A DNA stretch of 64,000 bases, taken from NCBI GenBank assembly GCA_964016885.1, contig OZ024744.1:3906001-3970000 (forward strand). Reading direction: 5' to 3'. This document shows, piece by piece, positions 39,601 through 52,300 of this stretch; position 1 is the stretch's first letter, and the number at the start of each line of letters is the position of its first letter. The DNA is from Eledone cirrhosa (Eukaryota). The translations under genes were made by a program, and so were the position numbers. The notes under the pieces are model-generated. The model made no database searches, was not told the origin of the DNA, and was given only the letters and a program-made list of their open reading frames with translations.

Positions 39601-40740
39601 AAGAACGAAGTTTTGAGGGAAGACAAGGTAGAGAAAGATAGCTTGGTGAATAACGAAGTTTTGGGGGAAGACAAGGTAGAGAAAGATAGCTTGGTGAATA
39701 ACGAAGTTTTGGGAGAAGACAAGGTCGAGAAAGATAGCTTGGTGAAGAACGAAGTTTTGACGGAAGACAAGGTAGAGAAAGATAGCTTGGTGAAGAATGA
39801 CGTTTTGTGGGAAGACAAGGTAGAGAAAGATAGCTTGGTGAAGAACGAAGTTTTGTGTGAAGACAAGCTAGAGAAAGATAGCTTGGTGAAGAACGAAGTT
39901 TTAGGGGAAGACAAGGTAGAGAAAGATAGCTTGGTGAAGAACGAAGTTTTCGGGGAAGACAAGGTAGAGAAAGATAGCTTGGTGAAGAACAAAGTTTTGT
40001 GGGAAGACAAGGTAGAGAAAGATAGCTTGGTGAAGAACGAAGTTTTGGGGGAAGACAAGGTAGAGAAAGATAGCTTGGTGAAGAACGAAGTTCTGAGGGA
40101 AGACAAGGTAGAGAAAGATAGCTTGGTGAAGAACGAAGTTTTGGGAGGAGACAAGGTAGAGAAAGATATCTTGGTGAAGAACGAAGTTTTGACGGAAGAC
40201 AAGATAGAGAAAGATAGCTTGGTGAAGAATGACGTTTTGTGGGAAGACAAGGTAGAGAAAGATAGCATGGTGAAGAACGAAGTTTTGTGTGAAGACAAGC
40301 TAGAGAAAGATAGCTTGGTGAAGAACGAAGTTTTGAGGGAAGACAAGGTAGAGAAAGATAGCTTGGTGAATAACGAAGTTTTGGGAGAGGACAAGGTAGA
40401 GAAAGATAGCTTGGTGAAGAACGAAGTTTTGGGGGAAGACAAGGTAGAGAAAGATAGCTTGGTGAAGAACGAAGTTTTGAGGGAAGACAAGGTAGAGAAA
40501 GATAGCTTGGTGAATAACGAAGTTTTGGGGGAAGACAAGGTAGAGAAAGATCGCTTGGTGAATAACGAAGTTTTGGGAGAAGACAAGGTCGAGAAAGATA
40601 GCTTGGTGAAGAACGAAATTTTGAGGGAAGACAAGGTAGAGAAAGATAGCTTGGTGAAGAACGACGTTTTGAGGGACGACAAAATAGAGAAAGATAGCTT
40701 GGTGAAGAACGACGTTTTGTGGGATGACAAGGTAGAGAAA
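36621..40740 (+). repeat. ~4-kb monomer block, copy 2 of the 19,084-bp-spaced duplication
   Basis: Same ordered rare alleles as 17585-21650, with a few private differences (e.g. AGCTTTGTG ~39544, AGCATG ~40264). Confidence 0.9.
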
Positions 40741-43700
40741 GATGACTTGGTGAAGAACGAAGTTTTGGGGGAAGACAATGTAGATAAAGATAGCTTGGTG
40801 AAGAACGAAGTTTTGGGGGAAGACAAGGTAGAGAAAGATAGCTTGGTGAAGAACGACGTTTTGAGGGAAGACAAGGTAGAGAAAGATAGCTTGGTGAAGA
40901 ACGAAGTTTTGGGGAAGACAATGTAGAGAAAGATAGCTTGGTGAAGAACGAAGTTTTGGGGGAAGACAAGGTAGAGAAAGATAGCTTGGTGAAGAACGAA
41001 GTTCTGAGGGAAGACAAGGTAGAGAAAGATAGCTTGGTGAAGAACGACGTTTTGTGGGAAGACAAGGTAGAGAAAGATATCTTGGTGAAGAACGAAGTTT
41101 TGACGGAAGACAAGGTAGAGAAAGATAGCTTGCGAAGAACGAAATTTTGGGGGAAGACAAGGTAGAGAAAGATAGCTTGGTGAAGAACGAAGTTTTGTGG
41201 GAGGACAAGGTAGAGAAAGATAGCTTGGTGAAGAACGACGTTTTGAGGGAAGACAAGGTAGAGAAAGATAGCTTGGTGAAGAACGAAGTTTTGGGGGAAG
41301 ACAAGGTCGAAAAAGATAGCTTGGTGAAGAACGAAGTTTTGAGGGAAGACAAGGTAGAGAAAGATAGCTTGGTGAAGAACGAAGTTTTGGGGGAAGACAA
41401 GGTAGAGAAAGATAGCTTGGTGAAGAACGAAGTTTTGAGGGAAGACAAAGTAGAGAAAGATAGCTTGGTGAAGAACGACGTTTTGTGGGAAGACAAGGTA
41501 GAGAAAGATAGCTTGGTGAAGAACGAAGTTTTGTGGGAAGACAAGGTAGAGAAAGATAGCTTGGTGAAGAAAGAAGTTTTGGGGGAAGACAAGGTAGAGA
41601 AAGATAGCTTGGTGAAGAACGAAGTTTTGGGGGAAGACGAGGTAGAGAAAGACAGCTTGGTGAACAACGAAGTTTTGGGGGAAGACAAGGTAGAGAAAGA
41701 TAGCTTGGTGAAGAACGAAGTTTTGGGGAAGACAATGTAGAGAAAGATAGCTTGGTGAAGAACGAAGTTTTGGGGGAAGACAAGGTAGAGAAAGATAGCT
41801 TGGTGAAGAACGAAGGTTTGAGGGAAGACAAGGTAGAGAAAGATAGCTTGGTGAATAACGAAGTTTTGGGAGAAGACAAGGTAGAGAAAGATAGCTTGGT
41901 GAAGAACGACTTTTTGAGGGGAGACAAGGTAGAGAAAGATAGCTTGGTGAAGAACGAAGTTTTGGGGAAGACAATGTAGAGAAAGATAGCTTGGTGAAGA
42001 ACGAAGTTTTGGGGGAAGTCAAGGTAGAGAAAGATAGCTTGTTGAAGAACGAAGTTCTGAGGGAAGGCAAGGTAGAGAAAGATAGCTTGGTGAAGAACGA
42101 AGTTTTGGGAGAAGACAAGGTAGAGAAAGATATCTTGGTGAAGAACGAAGTTCTGAGGGAAGACAAGGTAGAGAAAGATAGCTTGGTGAAGAACGAAGTT
42201 TTGGGAGGAGAGAAGGTAGAGAAAGATATCTTGGTGAAGAACGAAGTTTTGACGGAAGACAAGATAGAGAAAGATAGCTTGGTGAAGAATGACGTTTTGT
42301 GGGAAGACAAGGTAGAGAAAGATAGCTTGGTGAAGAACGAAGTTTTGTGTGAAGACAAGCTAGAGAAAGATAGCTTGGTGAAGAACGAAGTTTTGAGGGA
42401 AGACAAGGTAGAGAAATATAGCTTGGTGAATAACGAAGTTTTGGGAGAGGACAAGGTAGAGAAAGATAGCTTGGTGAAGAACGAAGTTTTGGGGGAAGAC
42501 AAGGTAGAGAAAGATAGCTTGGTGAAGAACGAAGTTTTGAGGGAAGACAAGGTAGAGAAAGATAGCTTGGTGAATAACGAAGTTTTGGGGGAAGACAAGG
42601 TAGAGAAAGATAGCTTGGTGAATAACGAAGTTTTGGGAGAAGACAAGGTCGAGAAAGATAGCTTGGTGAAGAACGAAGTTTTGACGGAAGACAAGGTAGA
42701 GAAAGATAGCTTGGTGAAGAATGACGTTTTGTGGGAAGACAAGGTAGAGAAAGATAGCTTGGTGAAGAACGAAGTTTTGTGTGAAGACAAGCTAGAGAAA
42801 GATAGCTTGGTGAAGAACGAAGTTTTAGGGGAGGACAAGGTAGAGAAAGATAGCTTGGTGAAGAACGAAGTTTTCGGGGAAGACAAGGCAGAGAAAGATA
42901 GCTTGGTGAAGAACAAAGTTTTGGGGGAAGACAAGGTAGAGAAAGATAGCTTGGTGAAGAACGAAGTTCTGAGGGAAGACAAGGTAGAGAAAGATAGCTT
43001 GGTGAAGAACGAAGTTTTGGGAGGAGACAAGGTAGAGAAAGATATATTGGTGAAGAACGAAGTTTTGACGGAAGACAAGATAGAGAAAGATAGCTTGGTG
43101 AAGAATGACGTTTTGTGGGAAGACAAGGTAGAGAAAGATAGCTTGGTGAAGAACGAAGTTTTGTGTGAAGACAAGCTAGAGAAAGATAGCTTGGTGAAGA
43201 ACGAAGTTTTGAGGGAAGACAAGGTAGAGAAAGATAGCTTGGTGAATAACGAACTTTTGGGAGAAGACAAGGTAGAGAAAGATAGCTTGGTGAAGAACGA
43301 AGTTTTGGGGGAAGACAAGGTAGAGAAAGATAGCTTGGTGAAGAACGAAGTTTTGAGGGAAGACAAGGTAGAGAAAGATAGCTTGGTGAATAACGAAGTT
43401 TTGGGGGAAGACAAGGTAGAGAAAGATCGCTTGGTGAATAACGAAGTTTTGGGAGAAGACAAGGTCGAGAAAGATAACTTGGTGAAGAACGAAATTTTGA
43501 GGGAAGACAAGGTAGAGAAAGATAGCTTGGTGAAGAACGACGTTTTGAGGGACGACAAAATAGAGAAAGATAGCTTGGTGAAGAACGACGTTTTGTGGGA
43601 TGACAAGGTAGAGAAAGATGACTTGGTGAAGAACGAAGTTTTGGGGGAAGACAATGTAGATAAAGATAGCTTGGTGAAGAACGAAGTTTTGGGGGAAGAC

Positions 43701-45000
43701 AAGGTAGAGAAAGATAGCTTGGTGAAGAACGACGTTTTGAGGGAAGACAAGGTAGAGAAAGATAGCTTGGTGAAGAACGAAGTTTTGGGGAAGACAATGT
43801 AGAGAAAGATAGCTTGGTGAAGAACGAAGTTTTGGGGGAAGACAAGGTAGAGAAAGATAGCTTGGTGAAGAACGAAGTTCTGAGGGAAGACAAGGTAGAG
43901 AAAGATAGCTTGGTGAAGAACGACGTTTTGTGGGAAGACAAGGTAGAGAAAGATATCTTGGTGAAGAACGAAGTTTTGACGGAAGACAAGGTAGAGAAAG
44001 ATAGCTTGCGAAGAACGAAATTTTGGGGGAAGACAAGGTAGAGAAAGATAGCTTGGTGAAGAACGAAGTTTTGTGGGAGGACAAGGTAGAGAAAGATAGC
44101 TTGGTGAAGAACGACGTTTTGAGGGAAGACAAGGTAGAGAAAGATAGTTTGGTGAAGAACGAAGTTTTGGGGGAAGACAAGGTCGAAAAAGATAGCTTGG
44201 TGAAGAACGAAGTTTTGAGGGAAGACAAGGTAGAGAAAGATAGCTTGGTGAAGAACGAAGTTTTGGGGGAAGACAAGGTAGAGAAAGATAACTTGGTGAA
44301 GAACGTAGTTTTGAGGGAAGACAAAGTAGAGAAAGATAGCTTGTTGAAGAACGACGTTTTGTGGGAAGACAAGGTAGAGAAAGATAGCTTGGTGAAGAAC
44401 GAAGTTTTGTGGGAAGACAAGGTAGAGAAAGATAGCTTGGTGAAGAAAGAAGTTTTGGGGGAAGACGAGGTAGAGAAAGATAGCTTGGTGAAGAACGAAG
44501 TTTTGGGGGAAGACGAGGTAGAGAAAGATAGCTTGGTGAACAACGAAGTTTTGGGGGAAGACAAGGTAGAGAAAGATAGCTTGGTGAAGAACGAAGTTTT
44601 GGGGAAGACAATGTAGAGAAAGATAGCTTGGTGAAGAACGAAGTTTTGGGGGAAGACAAGGTAGAGAAAGATAGCTTGGTGAAGGACGAAGGTTTGAGGG
44701 AAGACAAGGTAGAGAAAGATAGCTTGGTGAATAACGAAGTTTTGGGAGAAGACAAGGTAGAGAAAGATAGCTTGGTGAAGAACGACTTTTTGAGGGGAGA
44801 CAAGGTAGAGAAAGATAGCTTGGTGAAGAACGAAGTTTTGGGGAAGACAATGTAGAGAAAGATAGCTTGGTGAAGAACGAAGTTTTGGGGGAAGTCAAGG
44901 TAGAGAAAGATAGCTTGTTGAAGAACGAAGTTCTGAGGGAAGGCAAGGTAGAGAAAGATAGCTTGGTGAAGAACGAAGTTTTGGGAGAAGACAAGGTAGA
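39200..45000 (+). repeat. Tandem duplication with 2,876-bp (60-mer) period
   Basis: ORF starts 40938/43814, 41147/44023, 41752/44628 and 41991/44867 all differ by 2876=60x48-4. Shared alleles GAAGGTTTG, GACTTTTTGAGGGGAGAC and GAAGTCAAG. Outer limits are approximate. Confidence 0.85.
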
Positions 45001-46304
45001 GAAAGATATCTTGGTGAAGAACGAAGTTTTGACGGAAGACAAGGTAGAGAAAGATAGCTTGGTGAAGAATGACGTTTTGTGGGAAGACAAGGTAGAGAAA
45101 GATAGCTTGGTGAAGAACGACGTTTTGTGGGAAGACAAGGTAGAGAAAGATAGCTTGGTGAAGAACGAAGTTTTGTGGGAAGACAAGGTAGAGAAAGATA
45201 GCTTGGTGAAGAACGAAGTTTTGGGGGAAGACAAGGTAGAGAAAGATAGCTTGGTGAAGAACGAAGTTTTGGGGGAAGTCGAAGTAGAGAAAGATAGCTT
45301 GGTGAACAACGAAGTTTTGGGGGAAGACAAGGTAGAGAAAGATAGCTTGGTGAAGAACGAATTTTTGGGGGAAGACAAGGTAGAGAAAGATAGCTTGGTG
45401 AAGAACGACGTTTTGAGGGAAGACAAGGTAGAGAAAGATAGCTTGGTGAAGAATGACGTTTTGTGGGAAGACAAGGTAGAGAAAGATAGCTTGGTGAAGA
45501 ACGAAGTTTTGTGTGAAGACAAGCTAGAGAAAGATAGCTTGGTGAAGAACGAAGTTTTGGGGGAAGACAAGGTAGAGAAAGATAGATTGGTGAAGAACAA
45601 AGTTTTGAGGGATGACAAGGTAGAGAAAGATGACTTGGTGAAGAACGAAGTTTTGGGGGAAAACAAGGTAGAGAAAGATAGCTTGGTGAAGAACGAAGTT
45701 TTGGGGGAAGACAAGGTAGAGAAAGATAGCTTGGTGAATAACGAAGTTTTGGGAGAAGACAAGGTCGAGAAAGATAGCTTGGTGAAGAACGAAATTTTGA
45801 GGGAAGACAAGGTAGAGAAAGATAGCTTGGTGAAGAACGACGTTTTGAGGGAAGACAAAATAGAGAAAGATAGCTTGGTGAAGAACGACGTTTTGTGGGA
45901 TGACAAGGTAGAGAAAGATGACTTGGTGAAGAACGAAGTTTTGGGGGAAGACAATGTAGATAAAGATAGCTTGGTGAAGAACGAAGTTTTGGGGAAGACA
46001 ATGTAGAGAAAGATAGCTTGGTGAAGAACGAAGTTCTGAGGGAAGACAAGGTAGAGAAAGATAGCTTGGTGAAGAACGACGTTTTGTGGGAAGACAAGGT
46101 AGAGAAATATATCTTGGTGAAGAACGAAGTTTTGACGGAAGACAAGGTAGAGAAAGATAGCTTGCGAAGAACGAAGTTTTGGGGGAAGACAAGGTAGAGA
46201 AAGATAGCTTGGTGAAGAACGAAGTTTTGTGGGAGGACAAGGTAGAGAAAGATAGCTTGGTGAAGAACGACGTTTAGAGGGAAGACAAGGTAGAGAAAGA
46301 TAGC

Positions 46305-49300
46305 TTGGTGAAGAACGAAGTTTTGACGGACGACAAGGTAGAGAAAGATAGCTTGGTGAAGAATGACGTTTTGTGGGAAGACAAGGTAGAGAAAGATAGC
46401 TTGGTGAAGAACGAAGTTTTGAGGGAAGACAAGGTAGAGAAAGATAGCTTGGTGAATAACGAAGTTTTGGGGGAAGACAAGGTCGAAAAAGATAGCTTGG
46501 TGAAGAACGAAGTTTTGAGGGAAGACAAGGTAGAGAAAGATAGCTTGGTGAAGAACGAAGTTTTGGGGGAAGACAAGGTAGAGAAAGATAGCTTGGTGAA
46601 GAACGAAGTTTTGAGGGAAGACAAAGTAGAGAAAGATAGCTTGGTGAAGAACGACGTTTTGTGGGAAGACAAGGTAGAGAAAGATAGCTTGGTGAAGAAC
46701 GAAGTTTTGTGGGAAGACAAGGTAGAGAAAGATAGCTTGGTGAAGAACGAAGTTTTGGGGGAAGACAAGGTAGAGAAAGATAGCTTGGTGAAGAACGAAG
46801 TTCTGGGGGAAGACGAGGTAGAGAAAGATAGCTTGGTGAACAAGGAAGTTTTGGGGGAAGACAAGGTAGAGAAAGATAGCTTGGTGAAGAACGAAGTTTT
46901 GGGGAAGACAATGTAGAGAAAGATAGCTTGGTGAAGAACGAAGTTTTGGGGGAAGACAAGGTAGAGAAAGATAGCTTGGTGAAGAACGAAGGTTTGAGGG
47001 AAGACAAGGTAGAGAAAGATAGCTTGGTGAAGAACGAAGTTTTGGGAGAAGACAAGGTAGAGAAAGATATCTTGGTGAAGAACGAAGTTTTGACGGAAGA
47101 CAAGGTAGAGAAAGATAGCTTGGTGAAGAATGACGTTTTGTGGGAAGACAAGGTAGAGAAAGATAGCTTGGTGAAGAACGACGTTTTGTGGGAAGACAAG
47201 GTAGAGAAAGATAGCTTGGTGAAGAACGAAGTTTTGTGGGAAGACAAGGTAGAGAAAGATAGCTTGGTGAAGAACGAAGTTTTGGGCGAAGACAAGGTAG
47301 AGAAAGATAGCTTGGTGAAGAACGACTTTTTGAGGGGAGACAAGGTAGAGAAAGATAGCTTGGTGAAGAACGAAGTTTTGGGGAAGACAATGTAGAGAAA
47401 GATAGCTTGGTGAAGAACGAAGTTTTGGGGGAAGTCAAGGTAGAGAAAGATAGCTTGTTGAAGAACGAAGTTCTGAGGGAAGGCAAGGTAGAGAAAGATA
47501 GCTTGGTGAAGAACGAAGTTTTGGGAGAAGACAAGGTAGAGAAAGATATATTGGTGAAGAACGAAGTTTTGTGTGAAGACAAGCTAGAGAAAGATAGCTT
47601 GGTGAAGAACGAAGTTTTGGGGGAAGACAAGGTAGAGAAAGATAGATTGGTGAAGAACAAAGTTTTGAGGGATGACAAGGTAGAGAAAGATGACTTGGTG
47701 AAGAACGAAGTTTTGGGGGAAGACAAGGTAGAGAAAGATAGCTTGGTGAAGAACGAAGTTTTGAGGGAAGACAAGGTAGAGAAAGATAGCTTGGTGAATA
47801 ACGAAGTTTTGGGAGAAGACAAGGTAGAGAAAGATAGCTTGGTGAAGAACGAAGTTTTGGGGGAAGACAAGGTAGAGAAAGATAGCTTGGTGAAGAACGA
47901 AGTTTTGAGGGAAGACAAGGTAGAGAAAGATAGCTTGGTGAAGAACGATGTTTTGAGGGAAGACAAGGTAGAAAAAGAGAGCTTGGTGAAGAACGACGTT
48001 TTGATGAAAGACAAGGTAGAGAAAGATAGCTTGGTGAAGAACGAAGTTTTGGGGGAAGACAAGGTAGAGAAAGATAGCTTGGTGAAGAACGAAGTTCTGA
48101 GGGAAGACAAGGTAGAGAAAGATAGCTTGGTGAAGAACGAAGTTTTGGGAGAAGACAAGGTAGAGAAAGATATCTTGGTGAAGAACGAAGTTTTGACGGA
48201 AGACAAGGTAGAGAAAGATAGCTTGGTGAAGAATGACGTTTTGTGGGAAGACAAGGTAGAGAAAGATAGCTTGGTGAAGAACGAAGTTTTGTGTGAAGAC
48301 AAGGTAGAGAAAGATAGCTTGGTGAAGAACGAAGTTTTGGGGGAAGACAAGGCAGAGAAAGATAGATTGGTGAAGAACGAAGTTTTGAGGGATGACAAGG
48401 TAGAGAAAGATGACTTGGTGTAGAAAGAAGTTTTGGGGGAAGACAAGGTAGAGAAAGATAGCTTGGTGAAGAACGAAGTTTTGGGGGAAGACAAGGTAGA
48501 GAAAGATAGCTTGGTGAAGAACGAAGTTTTGGGGGAAGACAAGGTAGAGAAAGATAGCTTGGTGAATAACGAAGTTTTGGGAGAAGACAAGGTAGAGAAA
48601 GATAGCTTGGTGAAGAACGATGTTTTGAGGGAAGACAAGGTAGAGAAAGATAGCTTGGTGAAGAACGACGTTTTGAGGGAAGACAAGGTAGAGAAAGATA
48701 GCTTGGTGAAGAACGAAGTTCTGAGGGAAGACAAGGTAGAGAAAGATAGCTTGGTGAAGAACGAAGTTTTGGGAGAAAACAAGGTAGAGAAAGATATCTT
48801 GGTGAAGAACGAAGTTTCGACGGAAGACAAGGTAGAGAAAGATAGCTTGGTGAAGAATGACGTTTTGTGGGAAGACAAGGTAGAGAAAGATAGCTTGGTG
48901 AAGAACGAAGTTTTGGGGAAAGACAAGGTAGAGAAAGATAGCTTGGTGAAGAACGAAGTTTTGGGGGAAGACAAGGTAGAGAAAGATAGCTTGGTGAAGA
49001 ACGAAGTTTTGAGGGAAGACAAGGTAGAGAAAGATAGCTTGGTGAATAACGAAGTTTTGAGGGAAGACAAGGTAGAGAAAGATAGCTTGGTGAAGAACGA
49101 AGTTTTGACGGACGACAAGGTAGAGAAAGATAGCTTGGTGAAGAATGACGTTTTGTGGGAAGACAAGGTAGAGAAAGATAGCTTGGTGAAGAACGAAGTT
49201 TTGAGGGAAGACAAGGTAGAGAAAGATAGCTTGGTGAATAACGAAGTTTTGGGGGAAGACAAGGTCGAAAAAGATAGCTTGGTGAAGAACGAAGTTTTGA

Positions 49301-52300
49301 GGGAAGACAAGGTAGAGAAAGATAGCTTGGTGAAGAACGAAGTTTTGGGGGAAGACAAGGTAGAGAAAGATAGCTTGGTGAAGAACGAAGTTTTGAGGGA
49401 AGACAAAGTAGAGAAAGATAGCTTGGTGAAGAACGACGTTTTGTGGGAAGACAAGGTAGAGAAAGATAGCTTGGTGAAGAACGAAGTTTTGTGGGAAGAC
49501 AAGGTAGAGAAAGATAGCTTGGTGAAGAACGAAGTTTTGGGGGAAGACAAGGTAGAGAAAGATAGCTTGGTGAAGAACGAAGTTCTGGGGGAAGACGAGG
49601 TAGAGAAAGATAGCTTGGTGAACAAGGAAGTTTTGGGGGAAGACAAGGTAGAGAAAGATAGCTTGGTGAAGAACGGAGTTTTGGGGAAGACAATGTAGAG
49701 AAAGATAGCTTGGTGAAGAACGAAGTTTTGGGGGAAGACAAGGTAGAGAAAGATAGCTTGGTGAAGAACGAAGGTTTGAGGGAAGACAAGGTAGAGAAAG
49801 ATAGCTTGGTGAAGAACGAAGTTTTGGGAGAAGACAAGGTAGAGAAAGATATCTTGGTGAAGAACGAAGTTTTGACGGAAGACAAGGTAGAGAAAGATAG
49901 CTTGGTGAAGAATGACGTTTTGTGGGAAGACAAGGTAGAGAAAGATAGCTTGGTGAAGAACGACGTTTTGTGGGAAGACAAGGTAGAGAAAGATAGCTTG
50001 GTGAAGAACGAAGTTTTGTGGGAAGACAAGGTAGAGAAAGATAGCTTGGTGAAGAACGAAGTTTTGGGGGAAGACAAGGTAGAGAAAGATAGCTTGGTGA
50101 AGAACGACTTTTTGAGGGGAGACAAGGTAGAGAAAGATAGCTTGGTGAAGAACGAAGTTTTGGGGAAGACAATGTAGAGAAAGATAGCTTGGTGAAGAAC
50201 GAAGTTTTGGGGGAAGACAAGGTAGAGAAAGATAGCTTGTTGAAGAACGAAGTTCTGAGGGAAGGCAAGGTAGAGAAAGATAGCTTGGTGAAGAACGAAG
50301 TTTTGGGAGAAGACAAGGTAGAGAAAGATATATTGGTGAAGAACGAAGTTTTGTGTGAAGACAAGCTAGAGAAAGATAGCTTGGTGAAGAACGAAGTTTT
50401 GGGGGAAGACAAGGTAGAGAAAGATAGATTGGTGAAGAACAAAGTTTTGAGGGATGACAAGGTAGAGAAAGATGACTTGGTGAAGAACGAAGTTTTGGGG
50501 GAAGACAAGGTAGAGAAAGATAGCTTGGTGAAGAACGAAGTTTTGAGGGAAGACAAGGTAGAGAAAGATAGCTTGGTGAATAACGAAGTTTTGGGAGAAG
50601 ACAAGGTAGAGAAAGATAGCTTGGTGAAGAACGAAGTTTTGGGGGAAGACAAGGTAGAGAAAGATAGCTTGGTGAAGAACGAAGTTTTGAGGGAAGACAA
50701 GGTAGAGAAAGATAGCTTGGTGAAGAACGATGTTTTGAGGGAAGACAAGGTAGAAAAAGAGAGCTTGGTGAAGAACGACGTTTTGATGAAAGACAAGGTA
50801 GAGAAAGATAGCTTGGTGAAGAACAAAGTTTTGGGGGAAGACAAGGTAGAGAAAGATAGCTTGGTGAAGAACGAAGTTTTGACGGACGACAAGGTAGAGA
50901 AAGATAGCTTGGTGAAGAATGACGTTTTGTGGGAAGACAAGGTAGAGAAAGATAGCTTGGTGAAGAACGAAGTTTTGAGGGAAGACAAGGTAGAGAAAGA
51001 TAGCTTGGTGAAGAACGAAGTTTTGGGGGAAGACAAGGTAGAGAAAGATAGCTTGGTGAAGAACGAAGTTTTGAGGGAAGACAAAGTAGAGAAAGATAGC
51101 TTGGTGAAGAACGACGTTTTGTGGGAAGACAAGGTAGAGAAAGATAGCTTGGTGAAGAACGAAGTTTTGTGGGAAGACAAGGTAGAGAAAGATAGCTTGG
51201 TGAAGAACGAAGTTCCTGGGGGAAGACAAGGTAGAGAAAGATAGCTTGGTGAAGAACGAAGTTCTGAGGGAAGACAAGGTAGAGAAAGATAGCTTGGTGA
51301 AGAATGACGTTTTGGGGGAAGACAAGGTAGAGAAAGATAGCTTGGTGAAGAACGAAGTTTTGAGGGAAGACAAGGTAGAGAAAGATAGCTTGGTGAAGAA
51401 CGAAGTTTTGGGGGAAGACAAGGTAGAGAAAGATAGCTTGGTGAAGAACGAAGTTTTGAGGGAAGACAAAGTAGAGAAAGATAGCTTGGTGAAGAACGAC
51501 GTTTTGTGGGAAGACAAGGTAGAGAAAGATAGCTTGGTGAAGAACGAAGTTTTGTGGGAAGACAAGGTAGAGAAAGATAGCTTGGTGAAGAACGAAGTTC
51601 CTGGGGGAAGACAAGGTAGAGAAAGATAGCTTGGTGAAGAACGAAGTTCTGAGGGAAGACAAGGTAGAGAAAGATAGCTTGGTGAAGAACGAAGTTTTGG
51701 GAGAAGACAAGGTAGAGAAAGATATCTTGGTGAAGAACGAAGTTTTGACGGAAGACAAGGTAGAGAAAGATAGCTTGGTGAAGAATGACGTTTTGTGGGA
51801 AGACAAGGTAGAGAAAGATAGCTTGGTGAAGAACGAAGTTTTGTGTGAAGACAAGGTAGAGAAAGATAGCTTGGTGAAGAACGAAGTTTTGGGGGAAGAC
51901 AAGGCAGAGAAAGATAGATTGGTGAAGAACGAAGTTTTGAGGGATGACAAGGTAGAGAAAGATGACTTGGTGTAGAAAGAAGTTTTGGGGGAAGACAAGG
52001 TAGAGAAAGATAGCTTGGTGAAGAACGAAGTTTTGGGGGAAGACAAGGTAGAGAAAGATAGCTTGGTGAAGAACGAAGTTTTGGGGGAAGACAAGGTAGA
52101 GAAAGATAGCTTGGTGAATAACGAAGTTTTGGGAGAAGACAAGGTAGAGAAAGATAGCTTGGTGAAGAACGATGTTTTGAGGGAAGACAAGGTAGAGAAA
52201 GATAGCTTGGTGAAGAACGACGTTTTGAGGGAAGACAAGGTAGAGAAAGATAGCTTGGTGAAGAACGAAGTTCTGAGGGAAGACAAGGTAGAGAAAGATA

